A DNA stretch of 64,000 nt from an uncultured Gemmatimonadales bacterium (GTDB lineage: Bacteria > Gemmatimonadota > Gemmatimonadetes > Gemmatimonadales > Gemmatimonadaceae), in contig OY969695.1 in assembly GCA_963701965.1 (NCBI GenBank), positions 480,001 through 544,000 of the forward strand. Reading direction: 5' to 3'. The stretch's first letter is position 1, and each line of letters opens with the position of its first letter. Positions 1 to 9,489 of this stretch are shown here, piece by piece. Below the pieces are notes generated by a model. It saw only the letters and a list, made by a program, of their open reading frames with translations, searched no databases and had not been told where the DNA came from. The position numbers and the translations under genes were made by a program.

Positions 1-2
1 GT

Positions 3-1847
3 CGTTACTCCGGCATCCTGTCGCTTTCGCTGTACGGGATCTCGATCACCGCGATCGGGCTCCTCGACACGAAGCTCCCCGACGGGCAGTCCGGCTACTC
101 GTTCCTGATCATCATCAGCGCCACGTTCACGCCGATCCAACTCTCGTTCGGATTCACGCTGAACGGCGTCGGCGGGCTCTGTGGCGTCAATCGCTCGATG
201 ATCACCGATGCGATCCAGGCCGGCCTCAAGACCGGGTCGATCTCGGACATCCTGTTCCCGCCGGACCCTGTCGCCGACGCGCCGCAGATCATCTCGGAGC
301 TGAGCACGATCTTCCCGCCGGCGACCGGTCAGTACGTCTTCGGCCCGATCCTCGAGCTGGGCTGGGGCACGCCGTCACTGATCACCGCCAAGCTGGGCGT
401 GATCATCGAGCTGCCCAACCCGATCGTGATCGCGATTCTCGGCCAGTTGAGCATGGCGCTCCCCACCGAGGACGACGCGCTCGTCGAAATCCACGTCGAC
501 GTGCTCGGCGTCCTCGACGTCGCCAAGCAGCTCTTCGAGATCATCGCCGACATCTACGACTCGCGGATTGTCACGTTCACGATCTCGGGCGGCATGGCGC
601 TCATGCTCACCTGGGGCGATGACGCGAACTTCATTTTCTCGGTGGGCGGATTCAATCCGCACTACCAGCCGCCCGCGGGTTTTCCCTCCGTCGATCGCAT
701 CACGCTCGCCCTGGGCTCGGGCGACGATCTCCGCCTCACGCTCCAGGCGTACCTCGCGGTCACCAGCAATTCGTTCCAGATCGGCGCCAAGCTCGAGCTG
801 TACATGGGCTTGAGCTCGTTCAACATCGACGGCTGGCTCGGGTTCAATGCGCTGATCACGTACTCGCCATTCTCGTTTATCGTCGACTTCACGGCGGGAT
901 TGGCGCTGCGCAGCGGCACCAGCGTGCTGATGGGCATCTCCGTGAACGGCACGCTGTCGGGACCCACGCCGTGGCACGCCGAAGGCGAGGCGAGCATCTC
1001 GATCCTGTTCTTCTCGATCAGCGCCCACGTCAGCTTCACGATCGGGAATGCGCAGTCCAACCCGCTGCCGTCGATTAATGCCTGGACGCCACTGCAAGCG
1101 GCGATTCAACTCCCGGGCAACTGGACGGGCGCTCTCCCCGCTGACGTCCAACAGATCGCGACGCTATCGCCACCGGAGAAGAACGCCGCCCCCATTCTGA
1201 TCGACCCCAGCGGGACGCTCACCTTTCAGCAGAAGGTACTGCCGCTCGACCAACCGCTCGACACGGTCGGGAACGCGATCCCCGAGCAGCAGAGTGAGTT
1301 CGACCTCGCCGGTGTCACCCTGGGTGGGGCCTCCGTGCCGTATACCGTCATCGAGGGCGAGTTCGCGCCGGGTCAGTACCGCAACCTGTCCGACGGCGAC
1401 AAGCTCTCGCTCCCCTCGTTCGAGCCAATGGATGCGGGTTTCACCGTGGGCGGCGGGACGGTCGATTTCGGCAAGCAGTACGACGTCAACATCGTCTATG
1501 AGACGACCATCATCGATCGGACCCGCCCGATTCTCGCGCTCCCGTATCAAATCGCGCGCGATGACACGCTGGCCTGGGCGAAGGCCGGCGCCGCGGCCCA
1601 CGCGCCGCTCCGTACGACGGGCTTGGCCGCGTCCATGCCGGATCCTCGCGCGCCCAAGCTGGTCACGATGCCCGCCGAGCAGTACGTGATCGTCAGCACG
1701 GTCGATCTCACCCCGCGTCCGGACATCGCCGCCGCCGGCACCAAAGGCGACACCTTCGCCGCCCTGTCGGCGCACGTGGCCCGGAACCCGGCGGACCAAG
1801 GCACGCTGCAGGTCATCCCACTCTACGAGCTCGCGGAGGTCGCATGA
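3..1847 (+). CDS. DUF6603-like large beta-rich protein, 5'-truncated by window edge
   Basis: Frame is open from base 3 (RYSGILSLSLYGISITAIG...PIQLSFGFTLNGVGGLCGVNR). Motifs FSVGGFNPHY, YLAVTSNSFQIGAKLEL, F-N-ALI-PFSF and LSGPTPW resemble DUF6603 proteins. Many alternating-hydrophobic beta strands. Confidence 0.75.
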   Translation, partial: RYSGILSLSLYGISITAIGLLDTKLPDGQSGYSFLIIISATFTPIQLSFGFTLNGVGGLCGVNRSMITDAIQAGLKTGSISDILFPPDPVADAPQIISELSTIFPPATGQYVFGPILELGWGTPSLITAKLGVIIELPNPIVIAILGQLSMALPTEDDALVEIHVDVLGVLDVAKQLFEIIADIYDSRIVTFTISGGMALMLTWGDDANFIFSVGGFNPHYQPPAGFPSVDRITLALGSGDDLRLTLQAYLAVTSNSFQIGAKLELYMGLSSFNIDGWLGFNALITYSPFSFIVDFTAGLALRSGTSVLMGISVNGTLSGPTPWHAEGEASISILFFSISAHVSFTIGNAQSNPLPSINAWTPLQAAIQLPGNWTGALPADVQQIATLSPPEKNAAPILIDPSGTLTFQQKVLPLDQPLDTVGNAIPEQQSEFDLAGVTLGGASVPYTVIEGEFAPGQYRNLSDGDKLSLPSFEPMDAGFTVGGGTVDFGKQYDVNIVYETTIIDRTRPILALPYQIARDDTLAWAKAGAAAHAPLRTTGLAASMPDPRAPKLVTMPAEQYVIVSTVDLTPRPDIAAAGTKGDTFAALSAHVARNPADQGTLQVIPLYELAEVA

Positions 1848-4800
1848 GCAACGGCAACGGCAACGGCGACTCCGAACTGGGCTATCATACCTTTCTGCCG
1901 TGGCTGCGCCGCGGGATCGGCATCGAGATCAGTCGCACTGACGATGATCCCACGCCGGCGCCACGCGCTACGCTCGACATTGGCGTCACCATCGGCCCCG
2001 GCCCGCTGTCCACGGGGGCGACCAATGTCTCACTCGCCCTCTACGGCCCGGGCAATGTCGCCACGCTGGATCCCCGCACGGTGATCCGCACCTGGCCGCG
2101 CCCCAATGTCTATCAGTCGGAGCCCAACTACTTCCCGTTGATCGAGCTCCAACCGGCTGACGTGCCGTGGCGCTTCACGCCGGCCCGCCGCAGCGCGGCC
2201 GACCGGTTGCGACCGTGGATCGTGCTCATCGTACTCGCCGACGGCGAGTACGCCAGCGCCGCGGGGTCGATCACCGTCAACTCGGCGGCTACGCTCCCGG
2301 CGCTCGACCAATCCTGGGCCTGGAGCCACGTGCAGATCACGGGCGAGCAGTCGGTGGACGCGGCGACCGTGCTGGATCTCTTGGACAACGACCCCGATCG
2401 CATCCTGGCGCGCCTCCTGTGTCCGCGACAGCTCGCCCCCGATACGGCGTACACGGCGTTCCTCGTGCCGGCGCTCGAGCGCGCGCGCCTCGCCGGGTTG
2501 TCGCAGAACGTGCCCGACACGATCGACGGGCTCGCGCCCGCTTGGACGAGCGGCGAGAGCAACGTCCAACTGCCGGTGTACTATCAGTGGCGGTTCCAGA
2601 CGGGTGACGATGGCGATTTTGCGTCCCTCGTCGAGCGCGTCCAGCCCCGCCCCATGCCGGCGACCGTGGGATCGCGTCCGATGGACGTGAGTGCGGCGGG
2701 CTACATGCTGCCGCCCGCCGCGCCGGCGGCGCCGCTACAGGCGCTCAACGTCGAAGCCGCGCTCCGCGCCCTGGACAGCGCCAGCACGACGTGGGCCACC
2801 GGCGACCGCACGGCTTGGACGAACGCGCTCGCGACGTTGCTCGACACACCAGCCACGCTCCTGGCGTCGCCAGGGGCGGAGCGCGCCGTCGCTCCGCCCC
2901 TCTATGGCCAGTGGTACGCCGCCACCAACCAGCTTGGCGCCGCAGCGGATCCGACGCGCTGGTTTCCGGATCTCAACGCCGACCCCCGCCTCCGCGTGGC
3001 CGCCGGTCTCGGGACGGTCGCCATCCAGGAGAACCAGCAGCAATACCTCGCCGGCGCCTGGGCGCAGGTCGGCGCGATCCGGTCGATCAACGCCAGGCTC
3101 AAAGCCGCGCAACTGGCGCGCGAGACCGCGGTCAGCCTCTATCAGCGCCATCTCACTGTCCTGAGCGATTCGACGCTCATCGCGGTGACGGCTCCCGTCC
3201 ACCCGCGCATCCTCGCCAGCCCGACCACCGTCGCTGCCGTGCTGGCGAATAGTCCGCTGCGTGCCGGGCTGCTGCGTCCAGCCTGGCGTCGCCTCATGCG
3301 GCCCGGCGGCCAGCTCGGCCGGCGCATCGCGAACGCCGGCCGACTCGCCGGCCCCACCGTCGTCGAGCGCGTCAATCTGGGCGCGTTGCGCGTCGCGCCG
3401 CCGCCCACCACGCCGGCGCAACTCACGACGTTGACCACCGCGACGCAGCATACCGTGCCATCCTGGGCGACACCGGGTTGGATGGCGCTCCTGAGCGCGT
3501 TCAGCCATCTGAGTCTCATCGAGTTGATCGTCGCGCTCCTGCTGGCCGTGATCCTGTTTCTCGTGGGCGGGGGCGCGATCGCCATGGTGTTGGGGATCAT
3601 CGTGGTCGCTGGTCAGCTCCTGGGCAGCCAACTCATGGCGAGCGCGCCCATCGCCGATCTCCAGCGTCGCATGGCGCTCCACAACGGCACGCTGACATCC
3701 AGCCAGATCCAAGGGGCTCCGGCCCGCCCGGCGTTCGTTCCGCAGGAGTACAACGGCGCCGTGCCGACGCCGGCACCCGTCGCCGCGATCGGCGCGGCCG
3801 ACTCGGCGAGTGGCGCCCGGTTCCGCTCCGCTGCCGCCGCAATGTTCGCCGAGGTTCAGACGGCGCCGGCCGCCGGCCCGGTGCTCGTGACCGCCGATCT
3901 GGCATCGATCCGATCGAAGGTTGTGGCGGCGCTCGACCCCAAGCTCACGGTGGCCGTGAGCTATCTCCAGCGGTTGACGCTGGCCACCGGAATCGTGTGG
4001 CAACCGAAGGATCCGATCGAGCCGATCATGGCGGCGCCGAGCTTCCCCGATCCCATGTACAAGCCCCTGTTAGCGGTCTCGCAAGATTGGCTATTGCCGG
4101 GACTCGATCAGGTGCCGGCCGACACGATTTCGCTCGTGCAGACGAACGAGCCGTTCATCGAGGCGTACATGGTGGGCGTCAACCACGAGATGACGCGCAC
4201 GCTTCTCTTCAACGAATACCCGATCGATCAACGGGGCACGTATTTCCGGCAGTTCTGGGACTCGTCGACCGCGATCCCACCGGGACAGCCCGAGCCCGAG
4301 AGTCTCAAAGACCTTACGCCGATCAACACATGGGCCGCGGCATCGCTCCTCGGTACGCATTCGAGTCGGGCCACGCCGCCGGGCGGAAGCTATCTGGTGT
4401 TGCTGCTGCGCGCGGAGCTCCTGCGGCGCTACCCGAACACGATCGTGTACGCGAGCCATGCGAAGTGGAACCCGGACGGCTTCACGCGCTCCGTCGACGA
4501 CACCAACCAATCCAAACCACTGTTCTCGGGGACGCTCGGCGCCGGCGTGGGATTCTGGGGGTTTGCGCTCACGGCGGACCAGGTGCGCGGCGCCGACAAG
4601 CCGCCCGGCGATCCGGGGTGGTTCTTCATTCTCCAGGAAGCGCCCACGGAGCCGCGTCTCGGTCTCGAACCCGCTGGCACGACCTTCGGAGGGCCCGTCG
4701 CCAGCTGGCCGGGCATGGCGTGGAGTGATCTCGCGGCCAGCCCGGCGTCGCTCGCCAGCGTCCAGTTCATCGACCTCTCCGCGGCGCTACCCAATACCTC

Positions 4801-4942
4801 GACGGTGACCGATCCGGATCACGCCGTGTGGCACGCGGGCGACGGGGCGCGGGCGTCGGATATCGCCTACATCACGTATCGCGTGCCGATGCGCGTCGCG
4901 GTCCACGGCTCGACCATGATCCCACCCGACGTCGCGCCATGA
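1844..4942 (+). CDS. large conserved hypothetical protein (1032 aa), gene 2 of DUF6603 operon
   Basis: Long ORF with an ATGA overlap on the upstream stop and GGAGG RBS. Motifs EPNYFPLIE, PWRFTP, YYQWRFQTG-GDF-SLV, FIEAYMVG-NHE, DQRGTYFRQFWD and LLRRYPNT. Internal hydrophobic hairpin; no signal peptide. Confidence 0.85.
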   Translation: MSNGNGNGDSELGYHTFLPWLRRGIGIEISRTDDDPTPAPRATLDIGVTIGPGPLSTGATNVSLALYGPGNVATLDPRTVIRTWPRPNVYQSEPNYFPLIELQPADVPWRFTPARRSAADRLRPWIVLIVLADGEYASAAGSITVNSAATLPALDQSWAWSHVQITGEQSVDAATVLDLLDNDPDRILARLLCPRQLAPDTAYTAFLVPALERARLAGLSQNVPDTIDGLAPAWTSGESNVQLPVYYQWRFQTGDDGDFASLVERVQPRPMPATVGSRPMDVSAAGYMLPPAAPAAPLQALNVEAALRALDSASTTWATGDRTAWTNALATLLDTPATLLASPGAERAVAPPLYGQWYAATNQLGAAADPTRWFPDLNADPRLRVAAGLGTVAIQENQQQYLAGAWAQVGAIRSINARLKAAQLARETAVSLYQRHLTVLSDSTLIAVTAPVHPRILASPTTVAAVLANSPLRAGLLRPAWRRLMRPGGQLGRRIANAGRLAGPTVVERVNLGALRVAPPPTTPAQLTTLTTATQHTVPSWATPGWMALLSAFSHLSLIELIVALLLAVILFLVGGGAIAMVLGIIVVAGQLLGSQLMASAPIADLQRRMALHNGTLTSSQIQGAPARPAFVPQEYNGAVPTPAPVAAIGAADSASGARFRSAAAAMFAEVQTAPAAGPVLVTADLASIRSKVVAALDPKLTVAVSYLQRLTLATGIVWQPKDPIEPIMAAPSFPDPMYKPLLAVSQDWLLPGLDQVPADTISLVQTNEPFIEAYMVGVNHEMTRTLLFNEYPIDQRGTYFRQFWDSSTAIPPGQPEPESLKDLTPINTWAAASLLGTHSSRATPPGGSYLVLLLRAELLRRYPNTIVYASHAKWNPDGFTRSVDDTNQSKPLFSGTLGAGVGFWGFALTADQVRGADKPPGDPGWFFILQEAPTEPRLGLEPAGTTFGGPVASWPGMAWSDLAASPASLASVQFIDLSAALPNTSTVTDPDHAVWHAGDGARASDIAYITYRVPMRVAVHGSTMIPPDVAP

Positions 4943-7900
4943 GCCCTGTCGAGCTCTCCAACGTCCAGCAGGCGCGGACGGCGCACGCCAGCGCGCAGGC
5001 CGCGGTCGACGCGGCGCGCGCGCGCGTCACGGCGGCAGCCGCCGGCTCCGACGCCTATGCGCAGGCCACCCGGACGTTGGGCGCCGCCCAAGCGACGCTG
5101 GCCAGCGCGCGCAACACGCTCAATCAGACGATCGGTCAACAACTCTCGACGAACAACCCCCCGGGAGACGTCCAACGGCTGGACGCCGACCATCCGATCG
5201 TGTTGTTTCCCGTGCGCGTCGAGACGCGATTTTCATCGGCGCAGTCGGCGTTGCTCATTCGGGTGTATCCCGACGAGATCCTGGCGAACAGCTTCGAGCC
5301 AGAGTTGACCGCCGATGAGCTGGCGTGTGGCCAACTGTACTGGACCGAAGCCGCGGGCACGGTGGGACCGAACAATGCCTGGCGTCACCTGTTGGGGACC
5401 TACCCGTCGCCGCGTGCGGCGTGGATCGTGCTGCAGACGAATCCGGCGAACCCGGCGCCACCGCTTCGCGCGACGTCGTGGACGAAGCCCGCGGTGGCTC
5501 CGCTGTTGCCGGACCGCTGGATCGCGGTCGCGTATCGGGGAGGCGCCGAGATCGCCCGCGCGTGGAGCAGCCCGGTTCTCGAACCGCTGCCACTCACCAT
5601 CGCACCAGACACTCCGGCGGCGTCGTTGGTCGACATCTCCGGCGCCCTCAATTTGGGCGTCGACTATGACCCGGCGGTGCTCTGGACGGTCGACTACCCG
5701 ACCGCCGTCGCGGCCGGTATGGCGTTCGCCCTGCCGCTGCAATCGGCCGACTTCACCGCCGGGATCGACCGACTGCTGGTGCTCGGGGTCAAAACCACGA
5801 TCGCGCCCGCGGACGCCGCCACGGCGATCCGCTCCCTGATCGACGGTCATCACTATACGCGGGGGATCGCGTTCGTGCCGCAGGGCACGCCGACGCACGA
5901 TTCGCGCGAGGTGCCGTCGGGCTATCCGCCGCCGGACCCTAACGGGGCGATCAGCTTCGCCGTGGAAGAAGGACCGGGCTTGGCGACGCCCGACGGCGAT
6001 GGCGTCCTCTGGTCGCGCGCGCTTGGGCTGGCCGATGATACGGTCGCCCACATCGCCGGTGCCGACCGGACGGAGCAAGCGTCGGCCGCCGCGATGAACC
6101 GGGCGCTCTTCCCGGCGACGTGGGAGTACTTTCTGGAGACGATGATGGCGCCGATCGTGAGTGAAGGCACCATCGACGCCACGCGCGAGTACTTCGCGAA
6201 CCGGGTGCGTGCCCGGGGGCACTTTCCGAATTTTCGCATCGGGAACGTGCCGTATGGACTGCTTCCCGTGTCGTCACTCGCCCTATGGAAAGCGATACCG
6301 ACCCGACAACCGGGCGCATCGCCGATCACGAGCGTGTTGCCCGGGATCCTGCGCGCCGCGCAGCCGTTCTGGTCGGCGCAGATCGGCGCGGCCCCGCACT
6401 TGGGCCGGACGAACGACGGCGAAGGCGACGTGCTGGACGCCTTGAGTATGGACGCGAGTGCGCGCACGCTGCGTTTCCGACGGCTGTTGGGCGCCGAGAC
6501 GCTCGCCAACCTGGTGGGGCTGCTGGGCGTCGACTGGGCGCTGGTGACGCTCTTCGGCGATATGACCGCGGCGAACCTGCTGCGCAGCATGGGGTGGTCG
6601 GGCGCCAACCCCCGGGCGTTGACGAACGTGTTCGCGGCCAATGCGCTGCCATTTCGCTTTCCGTTCGTCGCCACGACGTTGTCGGAGACCGACCCGCTCG
6701 CGCCGAACTTCATCACGTGGGTGCGCACGGCGTCGATCGACGATCTGCGCGCCGGCGCGACGCCGTTCCCTGCCCCATCGGTGCTGCTGTTCCGGCTCCT
6801 GAGCTACGCCGCGCTCACCGAGTCTTGGCGAGAAGGCCGGCGCATTCTCCTCGCGGCGGGCGCGGCGGTGGACGATCTCGCGGTCCGCGAGTTGACCGGT
6901 ATCGTCGCGGGCACCGAGACGCGTCCCACCCCGTGGGATTATCTCGGGGCACCGGTGTCATCGGTCACGCACGCGTTGACGCTGGCGCATTTTCTGTCGC
7001 CGATTCAGCCGGGCGAGGCTACGCGGACGCTGCCGCCGGCGATCGTCGCCTATCGCGAGGCGCTGGGCGTGCTCGAGACACTCCCGACCGCCGAGCTGGA
7101 TCGCTTCTGCACGGAGACGTTGGATCTGGCGTCGAACCGCATCGATGCGTGGACCTCGGCGCTCTACGCCGAGCGCTTGGACACGATGCGCTCGACCACG
7201 CCGACGGGCAGTCATGTGGGCGCGTACGCGTGGGTCGAGTCGCTCAAGCCGGGCGGACAGCCGGCCATCCGGCTGAGCGACCGGCGTGCGGCGCTCGACT
7301 CGACCGGCGGATACATCCAAGCGCCGTCCATGGCGCACGCCGCCGCGGCCGCCGTGCTCCGCAACGCGTATCTCAGTTACGCGGGGGACAGCGGCGCGAA
7401 CCCTTACGCGGTCGACCTCTCGTCCGCCCGCGTGCGTGCCGCGCGGTTTGTGCTGGAAGCCGTCGCCGAGGGACAGCAAGTCGGCGCGGTGTTCGGCTAT
7501 CAGATCGAGAGCGGTCTCCATGCCCGTCTAGCGGATGCGCTCATCGACCCGCTGCGCAACGTGTATCCGCTCGTGGCCAACAAAGCCTTCGACTCCGGGG
7601 AGCAAGCCGAAGCGATCGCGGCGCGCAACGTCGTCGACGGACTGGCCTTGCGCACCGCCTGGAAAGCGAACGCGATCCCGTGGGGCACGGCAGGCCTTCC
7701 GGCCGCGGCGTCCGGCGCATTGTACGATGCCCTCATCGCCGAGCTGGGAGCGCTGGACACGACCGTCGACTCCGTCGCCAATGTCCTGCTGGCCGACTCC
7801 GTGTATCAGCTCGTGCAGGGTAGCACGGCGGGAGCATCGGCGAGCCTGGACACGATGGCGCAGGGCGCGCGCCCACCGGACCCCGGCGTTGTGCATCCCG

Positions 7901-9489
7901 TGACTGGCGGCGTCAATGTCACCCATCGCGTGGCGATCGTCATCGGCGACCCCGCCGTCGCCATCAGCACGGGTTGGCCGTCGACCGCCACGCCGCGCGC
8001 TGCCGCCGAGCCCCGGCTCGACGCGTGGGTGGGCAGTCTTCTGGGCGATCCGGGCAACGTGCGCTGCATCGTGCGGGTGACCGACAACTCCGGCGCCTCG
8101 CCGGTCGTGACCGACCACACGGTGACGATGGACCAACTCGGCTTGCGGCCGATCGACATGCTGGCGCTGGCCGCATCGGTCACGGATCAACCCGCGGCGT
8201 CGGAGTTGGACCGGCGGTGCATCACCGCGGCGCTCGGCGACACGCCGGTGAGCGGGACGATCTCCGTCATCTATGCCCGTGATCCGGGCTGGGATCGCGA
8301 CACCGTCCGCGCGGTGCCCGAGCTCCTGCAGGCGGCGCAAGCGCTGCTCCGACTCATCGGTGGCGCGCGGACCATGGCGTGGCAGGATCTCGTGCGCGCG
8401 GCGGACGTCTCGACGACGACGCTGGGAGTCTTGGCGGTCGCGGATGCGGAAGCGCGCGCGACCGCCGCCGAGGCCGGGTTGGCGGCGATCAAGACCCAGT
8501 TGGACGCTGCCGTAGCGCCCGGCGCCACGCGCGCGGCGCTCGTAGCGGCGCTGCGTGCGACGGCGGCGTACGGCGTCACCGGCGCGTACCCCGTACCGGG
8601 CGCGGGCGCGAACGAAGGGGACGTGGCGACGACGCTGATCGACCAGGCGCAGCGGACGCAGGCCGCGGTCAATGCGCGCATTGCCGCGGCCACAGCGGCG
8701 CATCTTCCCCCGACGCCGCCCCCGACGGATGCCGCGCGCGTGGCCGCGGCGGTGGAGATCGCACAGCAGATCTTCGGGCAGGGATTTGTGTTGGTGACGG
8801 GGTTTGCCCCGTCGCCTGCTGCGACGGTGGGGTCGGCGTTGGCGGCGGGGCCGGCATTGGTGGGCGACCCACACGCGCCGATCAAGTGGCTGCAGCAGGC
8901 GAGCCGGGTGCGAACGGCACTTGGCCGTTGGCGCCGCGTCCGATTGCTCACCGAGGCGATGGGTGCGCCGCCCGTCGCGTTGGACATCGCGCAGTTCCCC
9001 GTGGTCGCCGGCGCGCCGCCGCCGCACTGGGTGGGCTTGCCCTTCGCGTCCGAAGCCGATCGCGTGAGCGGACGCCTGTCGGTGGCGCTGGCGCGGCCCT
9101 CGACGCCGGCGGCGACCGCCACGTGGTACGGGCTCACCATCGATGAGTGGGTGGAGCTCATCCCGAACGCGACGGAGATGACCGGTCTCGCGTTCCACTA
9201 CGACGTCGCGAAAGCCGAAGCGCCGCACGCCGTGTTGGTCGCCGTACCACCGGCGTCCGTGGAGCAGTGGGATTTCAATACGCTGGCCACGATCGTCGGC
9301 GAGACGCTGGATCTGGCCAAGATGCGGGGGGTGGACGGCCGTCTTCTCGGTAGCCTGTCACAGCTCATTCCCGCGATCTACTTCACCGCCAACGCCAATG
9401 ACGACACGGTGACGTTCCCATGGCGGGGAACGCTCCGCGCCGAGACGACGATCACGGCGGCGACGATCGCCGCGGGAGCCACCGGGTGA
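4939..9489 (+). CDS. very large conserved hypothetical protein (~1516 aa), gene 3 of DUF6603 operon
   Basis: ATG at 4939 overlaps the upstream TGA. Ala-rich N-terminal helix. Motifs PIVLFPVRVETRF, LLIRVYPD, LPDRW, RIG-PYGLLPV, ETLDL-RIDAW, GGYIQAPS, EPRLDAW and IDEWVELIP...GLAFHYD. Confidence 0.85.
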   Translation: MSPVELSNVQQARTAHASAQAAVDAARARVTAAAAGSDAYAQATRTLGAAQATLASARNTLNQTIGQQLSTNNPPGDVQRLDADHPIVLFPVRVETRFSSAQSALLIRVYPDEILANSFEPELTADELACGQLYWTEAAGTVGPNNAWRHLLGTYPSPRAAWIVLQTNPANPAPPLRATSWTKPAVAPLLPDRWIAVAYRGGAEIARAWSSPVLEPLPLTIAPDTPAASLVDISGALNLGVDYDPAVLWTVDYPTAVAAGMAFALPLQSADFTAGIDRLLVLGVKTTIAPADAATAIRSLIDGHHYTRGIAFVPQGTPTHDSREVPSGYPPPDPNGAISFAVEEGPGLATPDGDGVLWSRALGLADDTVAHIAGADRTEQASAAAMNRALFPATWEYFLETMMAPIVSEGTIDATREYFANRVRARGHFPNFRIGNVPYGLLPVSSLALWKAIPTRQPGASPITSVLPGILRAAQPFWSAQIGAAPHLGRTNDGEGDVLDALSMDASARTLRFRRLLGAETLANLVGLLGVDWALVTLFGDMTAANLLRSMGWSGANPRALTNVFAANALPFRFPFVATTLSETDPLAPNFITWVRTASIDDLRAGATPFPAPSVLLFRLLSYAALTESWREGRRILLAAGAAVDDLAVRELTGIVAGTETRPTPWDYLGAPVSSVTHALTLAHFLSPIQPGEATRTLPPAIVAYREALGVLETLPTAELDRFCTETLDLASNRIDAWTSALYAERLDTMRSTTPTGSHVGAYAWVESLKPGGQPAIRLSDRRAALDSTGGYIQAPSMAHAAAAAVLRNAYLSYAGDSGANPYAVDLSSARVRAARFVLEAVAEGQQVGAVFGYQIESGLHARLADALIDPLRNVYPLVANKAFDSGEQAEAIAARNVVDGLALRTAWKANAIPWGTAGLPAAASGALYDALIAELGALDTTVDSVANVLLADSVYQLVQGSTAGASASLDTMAQGARPPDPGVVHPVTGGVNVTHRVAIVIGDPAVAISTGWPSTATPRAAAEPRLDAWVGSLLGDPGNVRCIVRVTDNSGASPVVTDHTVTMDQLGLRPIDMLALAASVTDQPAASELDRRCITAALGDTPVSGTISVIYARDPGWDRDTVRAVPELLQAAQALLRLIGGARTMAWQDLVRAADVSTTTLGVLAVADAEARATAAEAGLAAIKTQLDAAVAPGATRAALVAALRATAAYGVTGAYPVPGAGANEGDVATTLIDQAQRTQAAVNARIAAATAAHLPPTPPPTDAARVAAAVEIAQQIFGQGFVLVTGFAPSPAATVGSALAAGPALVGDPHAPIKWLQQASRVRTALGRWRRVRLLTEAMGAPPVALDIAQFPVVAGAPPPHWVGLPFASEADRVSGRLSVALARPSTPAATATWYGLTIDEWVELIPNATEMTGLAFHYDVAKAEAPHAVLVAVPPASVEQWDFNTLATIVGETLDLAKMRGVDGRLLGSLSQLIPAIYFTANANDDTVTFPWRGTLRAETTITAATIAAGATG

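Noticed and set aside
1844..1870. AACGGC tandem repeat (MSNGNGNG)
   Set aside because: Three in-frame units only; low-complexity N-terminus, weak evidence for phase variation.
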